In this document: positions 38,290 to 49,968 of the stretch, piece by piece
Position numbering within the stretch: the first letter of the stretch is position 1
Layout of the letters: the number at the start of each line of letters is the position of its first letter
NCBI RefSeq assembly: GCF_001194135.2
Contig: NC_068986.1
Span: 3,078,197 to 3,142,196, forward strand
Origin: Octopus bimaculoides
Lineage: Eukaryota
Direction: 5' to 3'
DNA: 64,000 nt
Notes under the pieces: generated by a model
What the model was told of the DNA's origin: nothing
The model's input: the letters and a program-made list of their open reading frames with translations, nothing else
Databases searched by the model: none
Made by a program: the position numbers and the translations under genes

Positions 38290-39200
38290 TTGAAGACTTC
38301 CTGTAAGGAAGAAGCCACTTTCTAACAAAGATATATACAAAGCTCCATTGTTGAAATGTACATAACAAAAACAATGTCACATGTTGAATTTGAGACAAAT
38401 CTTGCATATTTTTACTGTTCTGCTTAAACAGTTCTTGCAATATTTGTGTTAGTTGGTTAGTTTCTTTTCCTGAAAACCCCAGTTTCTCCAGATTGTACCT
38501 TAGGTATTTACTCACCAAACCAAGTGAACTAATCTGGGTATAAATGTTGAATGTTTTGAAGCAGTTGTCTAGAGTTATCTTTTTTCTCTTTGATTTTGAA
38601 GTGATATTCGCATGAAGAGGACAGTTGACCTCTATGACAGTATCTACACTTTCTCTTTTTTTGTTTTTTGGTCTATCACAAACTACATCCATGCTGCTAT
38701 GTTACACTTGGTAAAGTTCTTTATGGAAATGTTCCATTAACATTCTTTGTGTTGAGGTTTCTGTATGTATTCAATAACAGGGGGAATTCTTTATAGTTAG
38801 CCACAATGCATTTTGGTTAAAATCTCTCTTTTCATTTCAGATCTTAGACTTGAATAATTCAAGATCTTGAGAAAGGAGTTTCTTAACAGTTATGTTCTCC
38901 TCTTGGATTGGAAGCAAAATTGAGATTTATGTTGGCTCACTTAAAGATTTTTCTACAATATCAAAGTTTTTCATTCAGCATCCTAAGTAGATGGTTTAAA
39001 GTAATTAGCATTCCTTCAAGTGCTTGATATGAAGAATCACTATAGAGGTTTGTTATTTTTCTTTTGCATAAAGTGTAAATGGTTGGGGTGTAAATTCATT
39101 ATTCCCATTACATTTTATCATCATGGTTAGACATCCAATATGGCAGCACAGATTGATGTTTTCTTCCTAGTTTTGTTCTTCCTCACATGTTGCTTCCATT
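38290..39200 (-). mobile_element. Decayed R4/Dong-like non-LTR retrotransposon 3' region with a restriction-like endonuclease (RLE)
   Basis: ORF 38282-38692 DVVCDR...TVIEVNCPLHANITSK...LRYNLEKLGFSGKETNQLTQILQ fits the recalled RLE pattern PD(I/L)(I/V).WD...C.VIE.SCP.D.NI..K...L.KLGF. Upstream frames are broken by stops. Confidence 0.65.
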
Positions 39201-39732
39201 TAGGAGTTTAATGTATGTATAATTATATACAGATACACACACATACACAAATATACACATTTATGAATAATGGGCAGTACATTATCGTTTAGATGGGGGT
39301 CAGCCTGATTGTGCTGACCGCTGAATCAAAGGAATTACAGTCATGTCCATCTCAGGATCTTTTCAATTACAATTCAAAAATTCTAAAAGTGAAAATTTTC
39401 AGATTAGGTATTTAGATGTAAATTTCCATGCTGGATCTGAATTTGGGATCCATTTATCGTTTTTAGCCAATCAAAACACAAGGAATCCAAAGCCAGCATT
39501 TTCTGTGTTAGTTGTCACAGTTGCACATGTACAGCATCCGTGTTACAATGAAAACAGAGCATACTACAGCTTTGCCTATTATTATGCAAACAGACACCAA
39601 TGTGAGATTAGTGGTCTGTACAATATAACATTGGCTTTCAATTAGCTAAAATTTCCCAAAATTTGAAAATTTTAAAAGCAATTAACTTTCTATTTATTAA
39701 CTTATAACCAGAATAGATTTCATTTTCATAAT

Positions 39733-40332
39733 TACTCTTTTACTTGTTTCAGTCATTTGACTGCGGCCATGCTGGAGCACCGCCTTTAGTCGAGCAAATT
39801 GACCCCAGGACTTATTCTTTGGATGCCTAGTACATATTCTATCGGTCTCTTTTGCCGAACCGCTAAGTTACGGGGACCTAAACACACCACCATCGGTTGT
39901 CAAGCGATGTTGGGGGGACAAACACAGACACATATATATATATATATACATATATACGACAGGCTTCTTTCAGTTTCCGTCTACCAAATCCACTCACAAG
40001 GCTTTGGTCGGCCTGAGGCTATAGTANNNNNNNNNNGATGCCTAGTACATATTCTATCGGTCTCTTTTGCCGAACCGCTAAGTTACGGGGACCTAAACAC
40101 ACCACCATCGGTTGTCAAGCGATGTTGGGGGGACAAACACAGACACATATATATATATATATACATATATACGACAGGCTTCTTTCAGTTTCCGTCTACC
40201 AAATCCACTCACAAGGCTTTGGTCGGCCTGAGGCTATAGTAGAAGACACTTACCCAAGATGCCACACAGTGGGAATGAACCCGGAACCATGTGGTTGGTA
40301 GGCAAGCTACTTACCACACAGCCACTCCTGCA
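39733..40332 (-). mobile_element. SINE family A, young copy; its middle is duplicated across a 10-N gap
   Basis: 39822-40026 is repeated at 40037-~40240. Confidence 0.85.
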
Positions 40333-40494
40333 CATACAAAACTAAATCCGTAAAACCAAATTTGAAAACAATTGGAACAAAACAGAAAAAATATGAAATT
40401 TGTGACAGCAACTGAAAAGATCCCAGTCTCAACTTTTTGTACGTCAGTGATTATTCTTATTAGCAAATGAGTTATTCTCCTTTCCATTGTTTAA

Positions 40495-40671
40495 CCCTTT
40501 AGCATTTAAACTGGCCATATCTGACATCTCACACCTATCCTACAATGTCATTTTGAACATAAACAACTACATCATCAAAATCTCAAGGCTACAAAAATAA
40601 TGCAGAATAAATTCAAAACAATGTGAATAAATACACATTACAGTTGACATAGTAATCTGAACACTAAAGGG
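40495..40671 (+). mobile_element. piggyBac-like MITE
   Basis: TTAA|CCCTTTAG...CTAAAGGG|TTTAA: 8-bp TIR starting CCC, with TTAA-like target sites. Confidence 0.7.
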
Positions 40672-41047
40672 TTTAAGGTCCAGTGTATGATTTTTAGGGA
40701 GATTTGGTTGTTCTTATGGTATATGGAAGTACTGTAATCACCATATTTGTTTCAAACATCATCGGAATGTTAGAGAAAACAAGAAAGAAATGGTGTAGTA
40801 GTCAACAAATTAGAATTCTTTTGAAGATAGATGGGTATAGTGTGTCTATCAGCTACCAAACTGTGCCATATTGGATAACCCATCCAACCACCAATTCAGT
40901 TGGTCATAAGAAGACAACGGTAGACAGAACTGTGTTTGGTGATCAGCATCTGCTATGTGTGTATACAGTAATCCCTTAACTATAGCAGGTGTTACATTCC
41001 AAAAACCCCTACAGTATGTGAAAATCCACGAAGTAGAAACAGTATTT

Positions 41048-41434
41048 TACTCTTTTACTCTTTTACTTGTTTCAGTCATTTGACAGCGGCCATACTGGAG
41101 CACCGCCTTTAGTTGAGCAAATCGACCCCAGGACTTATTCTTTGTAAGCCTAGTACTTTTTCTATCAGCATCGGCTGTCAAGCGATGTTGGGGGGACAAA
41201 CACAGACACACACACACACANNNNNNNNNNNNNNNNNNNNNNATATATATATATATATATATACATATATACGACTGGCTTCTTTCAGTTTCCGTCTACC
41301 AAATCCACTCACAAGGCTTTGGTCGGCCCGAGGCTATAGTAGAAGGCACTTGCCCAACGTGCCACGCAGTGGGACTGAACCCGGAACCATGTGGTTGGTA
41401 AGCAAGCTACTTACCACACAGCCACTCCTATGCC
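41048..41434 (-). mobile_element. SINE family A, young copy with an internal deletion
   Basis: Near-consensus head and tail. Confidence 0.85.
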
Positions 41435-43542
41435 TATATATTTTTAAAATTATTATTAAAATTTGTTTGTATTTATTTTATTATAAATGCAAAACACCAC
41501 CACAGAGGAATCAGCATAAGCTTGAATAAAAAAAAACTGCAATAGGTGAACCACGATGCGGCGAGTGATTACTGTATGTATATATATATATCTATATATA
41601 TGTGTGTGTTTACATACACATCTTTTCATGTACAGGGTGTGATCCCATCACAAGACATGAGGTTTATGGGTCCTCTGTCCAAACTGAGGGTACGAGTTGC
41701 ATTGGCACCCTCTACTCAGCTCTGCTGGTTCAAAGTTAACTTATTTAACATCAGATGTTTTAACGGTTCTTTCTTTCCTTCTTTCCTTCCTTCTCTCTCT
41801 CTCTCTGCTTATGTGTGCGAGCATATTTCTCTGTAGACGAGGTAAGTGTTTGTCAGTCGTGTTCAATTAATAAACTGGAATGGATTTCTCTTTCTCGCTC
41901 ACTCATTCAATAATCAGCATGTATATATTTGGTTTGGATGTTCGGCTCATGATCTTAAGGGCGTGAGTTCGATTCCTGGTGGCGCGTTGTGTCCTGACAT
42001 ACATTGTGTAACGAGGTCCAGGCTGGCTCTTTCAATTACAAATAAAGCGCTGTGTCACTTTATTTCACGTTGCTTCAATCTACTCAGTTGGATTGAAAAA
42101 AACGAGTAGTGTCTGTATTTCAAAGGGCCAGCCTTGTCACAGTATGTGTCGAGCTGAATCTCCTTGAGAACTGCATTAAGGGTACGTGTCTCTGTAAGGT
42201 GCTCAGCCACTTACACGTTAATTTCACGAGCAAGCTGTTCCGTTGATTGGATCACCTGGAATCCTCATCAGAGTGCCTCTAGTATTAAAATGTACTGACA
42301 CCAAAACGGGATGTCTGTCTCGTCAGCCGTGGTAAATCGTCACCAACACAACCGCCAAAACTGACTGGGCTTTATTTGTAATTCAAAGAGCCAGCCTTAG
42401 ACATACCTACCTCGTCACATAATGTATGTCAGATTGGATTCTACCAGAGGATTACGTTACCTGTGGGATACTGTACCATTCATAGCCATAATTCAACGAG
42501 TCACAATACTCGTCAAAAATCAATGGAGGATCCATTCATTATATTTTATACACGTTCTCACGCACAAATGTATATACCTATCAATAAAATAACCTGATAG
42601 TTCATGTTCAGGAAAAATTCCACACTATATATGTACTCAAAAATCTTCTACTTGGTAATATCTTTTAGCACGCTCAAAATACATAATAAACTGGGGTACA
42701 TTTGAAATACACAAATACATACAAACAATGGATTTCACACGCCAAACGAGAGGTACGCGGTCGCCACTCAATTAGCTAGACATAGCAGCAACAATCTTTT
42801 TTTTTCACAGGCTACTGCTTTAAAAAGTGTGGTCGTGAGTAGTTCTGTACATACAGAAAAACGAGATTGTCACGGCTGGAAACCCAGTGATTATAAGTTC
42901 GCTCGATAAGAATACTCAGGGTTAAACAAAAACAGCAACAAAGGATTTCTATAAACTGATAAAAAGCGGCTGTTAAAAGATTTGTTTTTTTAAAATTTTA
43001 TTCTGTAACTTGTTACTCGTAGGCAGACAGCAATTACAAACACACATACAATCAGAAACAACACAGAAATTCATACATACACATATATACACAATCAGAA
43101 ACACAACACTGGAACACACAAACGAGCACTTTCACAATACAGTGCAACACACACTCTCTCTCTTTCTCTCTCACACACACAACGAACACAGTGTACAGGA
43201 ATACACATACACACGCACGCATTCAAAATATACATCTTACAAAGAATGAAAAAAAATAATAATAATTTTCATACTAACGAAATACTTTTATAAATCAAAA
43301 GATCCTTTATCAGGACACAATAAAAATGAATTTATCTGTTTACTTGATGAAATAAACAATTATAAATATAAACTATAGCAGAGACGATCTGAAATTATAA
43401 ATATACATTTTTTTTCTTGCTAAAATTCAAAAACAGCATAGATAAAAAGGAAGTTAAAGAAATGAATCGTAAACAGAGGGGAAAAGAGGTGTTTATAATG
43501 AACGGAGATGCAATTAAAATTGAAAAACTTTTTTCTACTTAC

Positions 43543-43599
43543 AGTATGTTTTCCACTGCGGGAGCTGTTCATTACTGTTGTTGCCGCCACCACTGCCAT
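43543..43599 (-). CDS. CHN: Chimaerin coding exon, 57 nt, phase 1 to phase 1: (D)GSGGGNNSNEQLPQWKTY
   Basis: Acceptor tctttcttcttattgtctcgtag and donor ACT|gtaagt. The terminal T joins TG of exon 4490-4545 to give WKTY-L-YQLQKEAP, matching the recalled chimaerin motif PP[VI]WKSYLYQLQQEAP. Intron 4546-43542 (38,997 bp). Confidence 0.88.
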
Positions 43600-43663
43600 C
43601 TACGAGACAATAAGAAGAAAGACTGTGGTAACGAATTGAATTCCTGATGCGATATTTTGGCAT
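43543..43663 (-). CDS. CHN: Possible extended, ATG-initiated first-exon form of the same exon: MPKYRIRNSIRYHSLSSYCLVDGSGGGNNSNEQLPQWKTY
   Basis: The frame stays open through the acceptor to an ATG in a gccATG context (43661-43663). Upstream sequence is CpG-rich and looks like a 5'UTR. Confidence 0.4.
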
Positions 43664-44202
43664 GGCGAAAACATCCACGGGTTAAGGAAATCCAGGGGTT
43701 AATGAGAGGTAAACATATAAATTCATTGCAACGAACAAGAAAGCTAGCAACAATTTTTTGTTTTGTTTTGAAGTGCTGTGTCCTAAGTATGGTGTTGATG
43801 TGGCTGCGAGCTTGTTGCTTGAGACTAAGTAGTGGCCGCTAGTAGTTTATAGTGGCCAACAAAATATAACTTCTAAGTGCAAACAGTCTGACTATTCAGG
43901 AAGTGGTATGAAGAATAATAGGAAAACAAAAAAAAAGAAAAAAAAAACACTTCTATATACACACAACCCATACCCTCACACACACACACACTAATAATCA
44001 TAATGCCGTGAGAAACTCAGTATATTAATTAGTCAAGAGAATCTTGTACAGAGTTCAAAGCACAAGCAAGCTCACACGCGCACGCGCACACACATACAGA
44101 GAGGCTAAGAAAATCAAGAAAAATCGATTAGTTTTTAACAAATATTTTTATGAATTCCTTTTCATTTGACTCATAGAAAACTACTTTCTCTCTCTCTCTC
44201 TC

Positions 44203-44274
<72 letters not shown>

Positions 44275-44512
44275 GAGAGAGAGAGGTTTGGTATCCAGAA
44301 GACCCAAAAGGCAGGTGAACTCCTATTGGAATTTACATACCATTGACAAGAAGCCCCTTTACCCATTCTACACAGCACTTTCCTTGAATAATGGAACTGC
44401 AACTGTAATTTTTATTCTCATATTTCCCTTCATACTTCCAATATCTCTCCCTTTCCAAAATAACTCCTTATATTGAACTCTACTATTTCCTTCTAGTTAA
44501 CTCTCTCATATC

Positions 44513-44560
44513 GTCTCTGATGATGAGATATCCTTTATACAACTGAAACAGCTGTAAGAC
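44513..44560 (+). ncRNA. Type I minimal hammerhead-like motif (same family as 6731-6778)
   Basis: gtct-CTGATGA-(tgagatatcctttatacaact)-GAAAC-AGCT-GTA-agac: canonical core, degenerate stem II. Confidence 0.6.
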
Positions 44561-45233
44561 CACCTTTCTCTTTACAAATGTCCTAGAAATTTCACACTGA
44601 CTTAGCTTTGTTGTTGCCAGTGCCCCTGGACTGGCTCTTGTGCGGGTGGCACATAAAAGACACCATTTTGAGCATGGCCGTTGCCAGTACCGCCTGACTG
44701 GCCTTCGTGCGGGTGACACGTAAAAGCACCCACTACACTCTCTGAGTGGTTGGCGTTAGGAAGGGCATCCAGCTGTAGAAACTCTGCCAAATTAGATTGG
44801 AGCCTGGTGTTGCCATCCGGTTTCACTAGTCCTCAGTCAAATCGTCCAACCCATGCTAGCATGGAAAGCAGACGTTAAACGATGATGATGATGATGTGTG
44901 TGTGTGTGTATGTGTGTATATANNNNNNNNNNNNNNNNNNNNNNNNNNNNNNNNNNNNNNNNNNNNNNNNNNNNNNNNNNNNNNNNNNNNNNNNNNNNNN
45001 NNNNNNNNNNNNNNNNNNNNNNNNNNNNNNNNNNNNNNNNNNNNNNNNNNNNNNNNNNNNNNNNNNNNNNNNNNNNNNNNNNNNNNNNNNNNNNNNNNNN
45101 NNNNNNNNNNNNNNNNNNNNNNNNNNNNNNNNNNNNNNNNNNNNNNNNNNNNNNNNNNNNNNNNNNNNNNNNNNNNNNNNNNNNNNNNNNNNNNNNNNNN
45201 NNNNNNNNNNNNNNNNNNNNNNNNNNNNNNNNN

Positions 45234-45300
45234 CTCAAGATACTTACACTCTGACGGGTATTCACATTGACATTACACATCCAACGGAGCATACTGGCTT
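45234..45300 (-). mobile_element. RTE LINE C-terminal fragment abutting a gap
   Basis: Translates EASMLRWMCNVNVNTRQSVSIL, the same region seen decayed at ~19050-19200. Confidence 0.75.
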
Positions 45301-45350
45301 CATATATATATATATATATATATACATATGTATTTATTTGCATATATTTA

Positions 45351-45732
45351 TTCTTTATTCTTTTACTTATTTCAGCCATTTGACTGCAGCCATGGTGGGT
45401 TATCGCCTTTGGCCGAACAAATCAACCCCAGGACTTATTCTTTGTAAGCCCAGTACTTACTCTATCGATATCTTTTGCGAAACTGCTAAGTTACGGGGAA
45501 GTAAACACACCAGCATTGGTTGTGAAACGATGGTGGGGGGACAAACACAAATACATACATATATATTATATGACAGGCTTCTTTCAATGTCTGTCTACCA
45601 AAGCCACTCACAAGGCTTTGGTTGCCAAAGGCTATAGTAGAAGACATTTGTTCAAGGCACCATGCAGTGGGACTGAACCCAGAACCATGTGGTTGAGAAG
45701 CAAGCTTCTTATCACATAGACACTCCTGCACC
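45351..45732 (-). mobile_element. SINE family A, full length
   Basis: Aligns to the other copies; head-to-head with 45929-46313. Confidence 0.85.
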
Positions 45733-45928
45733 TATATATTAATACTGAGCAGAAGCAACAGGGTGACTCAAGGCTGAGAGTCAACACAAAAACTGTCAGC
45801 CTTGAGTCAGTCTGTTGATTCTGCTAAACACTAATAAAAATATACATTTACTCATTCATATTTCAAGTTCTATTTTTCCTGTTTACATCAGCATATATAT
45901 ACATATATATATATTTATTATATATATA

Positions 45929-46313
45929 GGTGCAGGAGTGGCTGTGTGGTCAGTAGCTTGCTTACCAACCACATGGTTCCGGGTTCAGGCCCACTGCATG
46001 GCACTTTGAACAAATGTCTTCTACTATTGCCTCGGGCTGACCAAAGCCTTGTGAGTGGATTTGGTAGATGGAAACTGAAAGAAGCCCATCATATATATGT
46101 ATATGTATATATGTGTGTGTTTGTCCCCCCCCCCCCATCATCGCTTGACAACCGATGCTGGTGTGGTTACATCCCTGCAAATTAGCAGATCGGCAAAAGA
46201 GAAGGATAGAATAAGCACTAGGCTTACAAAGAATAAGTCCTGGGGTCGATTTGCTTGACTAAAGGCGGTGCTCCAGCATGGCCACAGTCAAATGACTGAA
46301 ACAAGTAAAAGAG
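45929..46313 (+). mobile_element. SINE family A, full length
   Basis: Head ggtgcaggagtggctgtgtgg and tail acaagtaaaagag. Confidence 0.88.
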
Positions 46314-46610
46314 TATATATATATATATATATTGGTTCAGTCATTTGCTACCCTGAGTTTTACCTGAAGACACTCTGTGCAGCCACAGATGAAACTCAAA
46401 GTAGCAAGGAACTGACTCATCCAAAATAATATAATTAATCTCTACCATGGAACTGAGTGCTCTTTTTCCAACTGTCAGCACTAAACGGATATACATACAT
46501 ATATATATATATAACACAGGATATACACATATATAACACAGGTAATATATATATACGTATATATAACACAAGTAATATATATACATAGCTTATATATATA
46601 TATATATATA

Positions 46611-46808
46611 TTCATTTATATTTATATAAAGGGCATTATTACAGAAAATAACCACATTTAGTACCTAATGCGAGGAAAACAAGAAAGTTGGTCGTCTTCT
46701 GTTGGTTGTTTTTCCTAGCATTAGGTACTAAATGTGGTTATTTTGAGAAGTCCACTGTGTGGCGTTATTATTTTCTGTAATAATGCCCTTTATATAAATA
46801 TAAACGAA
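46611..46808. repeat. Fold-back element embedded in (TA)n: outer 41-bp arms and inner ~36-bp arms
   Basis: 46611-46651 pairs with 46768-46808 (1 mismatch); 46645-46680 pairs with 46708-46744. Confidence 0.85.
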
Positions 46809-48471
46809 TAATTATATTCTTGGGAATAGAAATTTCCCTTATGAATTTTTTTACACACTGGCTTCTTGATAAAATTCTTGTAAAAGAGTTTTATCCCTTT
46901 TTGAATTTATATATANNNNNNNNNNNNNNNNNNNNNNNNNNNNNNNNNNNNNNNNNNNNNNNNNNNNNNNNNNNNNNNNNNNNNNNNNNNNNNNNNNNNN
47001 NNNNNNNNNNNNNNNNNNNNNNNNNNNNNNNNNNNNNNNNNNNNNNNNNNNNNNNNNNNNNNNNNNNNNNNNNNNNNNNNNNNNNNNNNNNNAAAAAAAA
47101 AGAAAAGAGTGAGAGTAGGCAAAATGCAGTAGCACTCAACACGTCTGTTCTGGAAGAAGAACAAAAAAAAAAAAAGATGGTAGAAGGGGCTATTATGAAG
47201 AACATGAAACCGTAAGAATTGTGTGTTTCAAGGAAAATGTAGCTGCAATAGTGAAACTATGTGATCTTTGCCAACTCCCTTTGTATATATAGATGGAGAG
47301 AGAACAATGAGAGGTGTTAGAAAGAAAGAAAAAAGTAGTATCTACTAGTCAGCTTGCTACTACTCTCATTAGAGGTCATTACAGTTTAGATGAGCAATAA
47401 ATATTAACCAAAAAAAAGTAGGGGGTTTGGGCAGGTGTAAAAACACTATGGGAGAGCTGTGTTAATATTAGATAGGTGACTGTTATTGAACAAATGATAT
47501 CTTACACATGGTTGTGTATGTATGTATATGTCTGTCTCAGTTTGTGTGTGTATGTGTGAGCCTATTATTGAGCAAGCCACAATCCATTCACTACCTCAAA
47601 TAAAGAAGGGTACATTGGGTTGGACAAAGTCATTGCTATACAAAAAGACAGAGTGGTCACAAGAAGAACACTTCTGATCATGGATCATTAGGATCAAAGC
47701 TGACTGGAGGACTTGAGACTTAACAATGACAGAGAGAGACAGACAGACAGAAAGCAGAGTAAATATCTGATTTTAAAAAAGAAAAAAAGCAATATATAAT
47801 AATGTAGAAAATAACACTGTTACTATGAAGAGAAATGTATTAAATTTAATAAGGATGTGGTGGTGGTGTGGGATGAGAATTACTGAAACATTCAGGAAGG
47901 CAACAATAAATTAGAAATGAATGTATAAATGTGTGTGTGCATGTTTTGGGAAACAAATAAGTATTTGTTAGGATATACTCAAAAATAAAAAAAAATTAAA
48001 ATAATTATAAATGACAGATTCTGATGTCAAAAGAGGTATTTTGTGAGACAAAAGGCAACAGAGAAGAAGAGTGACTGATATAATACAAGATCAGTTAAAA
48101 AAACATGTGGGGGTTAAAATCTGTGGAGGAGGGGAGAGAGATAGACAGACTGAGGGAGGTAAACAAAGAGATAGCAAGAGAGGGGGGGAGAGGAGAAGCA
48201 TATAGCAGATTTGAGATGTGCAACAGGCATGCTGATACACAGTGTTGCAGCTTAAATAAATAAAGAAAGAAGAGTTGAGAAAAGACAGATCAACATCATC
48301 ATCAATACCAACAACAACAACAGGTGTTATGTCAAATCCACAGGTAATACATTTTGTAGTTGCAGTATGAACCAATCAAGTTATCCACTACAACTACATG
48401 TACCACCCTTAGATATCAATAACAACACCACAATGGAATTGCAGTATTAGAATCTCAACCTTTAACATCCA

Positions 48472-48634
48472 GGCACAGGAGTGGCTGTGTGGTAACTAGC
48501 TTGCTTACGAACCACATGGCTCTGGGTTCAGTCCCGCTGCGTGGAACCTTGAGCAAGTGTCTTTTACTATAGCCTCGAGCCGACCAAAGCCTTGTGAGTG
48601 AATTTGGTAGACAGAAACTGAAAGAAGCCCACCA

Positions 48635-48669
<35 letters not shown>

Positions 48670-48837
48670 NNNNNNNNNNGCTTGACAACCAATGCTGGTG
48701 TGTTTACGTCCCTGTAACTTAGCGGTTCAGCAAAAGAGACCGATAGAAGAAGTACTAGGGTTGATTTGCTCGACTAAAGGCGGTGCTCCAGCATGTCTGC
48801 AGTCAAATGACTGAAACAAGTAAAAGAGTAAAGAGTA
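48472..48837 (+). mobile_element. SINE family A, gap-interrupted
   Basis: Near-consensus head and tail. Confidence 0.85.
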
Positions 48838-49521
48838 TCCTATCCACAAAAGAAAAAAAAAAACCATTGAGGAAACCTCTGAACAAGACCTACTAGAAAT
48901 CACAGCCAAATCTTCTACATCACTTCCTAACATTTTAATAAAAAGGCCACATTAGATATTGTAGTCCTTGATACATATATAAGAAGAAAAAAAAAAAAAA
49001 CAGGATTGTCATGGCTGGAATGCCTTTAGTCAAAGGTCTGCTTGATCAAGGTTGATCTGAAGCTTAACACCAATAAATAATTCTTACTATGGGCAAAAAT
49101 CCAGAGTTTTCTGGAGAAGGAAGCGGCCAATTATACGACCTCAGTACTGGACTATTTATTCATTGATGATGAAAGGATGGAAGCCATTGTATGGGGTGGG
49201 GGACAAAAATTAGGGTGGGTCACAGTTTGAAAGGCCTAAATCATAGGTCTGGTGGATCAGAGCTGACTTGTAGCTAAATAACAACACCAGATTAGACTTA
49301 TCATGACATATGTGGAATGCAGGATTTACTCCTAAACGTTTGAGTGACAACACAACATTGCAAATAAGACTAAATATAAATTAGACTGATTCACGAAAGT
49401 AATTACATTTGGGGGAAGGTGATGTAACAAAAAGGCGAGTATGTCTGTTATCAATCATTCGTTGAATCACAGTAATCAATAAGTCATTAGTCCAAGATGG
49501 TGAACTGGCTAATCATTAAAC

Positions 49522-49721
49522 CAGCGTTACTCAACAGGGGTTCCCTAGAACCCTAGGGTTCCGCAAAAGGTTCCACGAGAAAGAGTGAGATAACCTGATG
49601 CTAATTTCATGATTGTAATATTACGATACATGCACAACATATTATTGGTTATTGTGATATAGACATCATCCTATCTAACCTATTAGGTTATCAAAAAATA
49701 TAACAACCATATACATATGTA

Positions 49722-49755
<34 letters not shown>

Positions 49756-49788
49756 CATATATATGTATATACACACATATATATATAT

Positions 49789-49837
<49 letters not shown>

Positions 49838-49968
49838 ATTTACCACGTGAACTATGATGAAAAAAGTATGAGAAAGATATGGTATATAATTTTTTTTGTG
49901 CGGGGGTTCCTTGAGATATGTAATTTATTTTAAGGGTTACGCAAAGGTAAAAAGGTTGAGGAACACTG
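49522..49968. mobile_element. hAT-superfamily MITE with an intact 8-bp TSD
   Basis: TIRs CAGCGTTACTCAAC / GTTGAGGAACACTG (12 of 14 complementary). Identical flanking 8-mer CATTAAAC at 49514-49521 and 49969-49976. Confidence 0.9.

Larger units (their letters stand above)
41540..44160. promoter_or_regulatory. CpG-enriched region around the 57-nt chimaerin exon; putative promoter or unmethylated regulatory domain
   Basis: Visibly more CG dinucleotides than the flanks (e.g. gatgcggcgag, gtacgcggtcgcc, cacgcgcacgcgc). ETS-like CAGGAAGTG at 43897-43905. Function is inferred. Confidence 0.4.

Noticed and set aside
38282-38692. 136-aa ORF as a host gene (initially looked BTB/BACK-like)
   Set aside because: The motifs fit an RLE retrotransposon C-terminus, the upstream frames are broken, and it has no splice support.
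39822-40240. Apparent ~205-bp tandem duplication within a SINE
   Set aside because: The copies flank a 10-N gap and differ only in TA length, which is typical of unmerged contig overlap.
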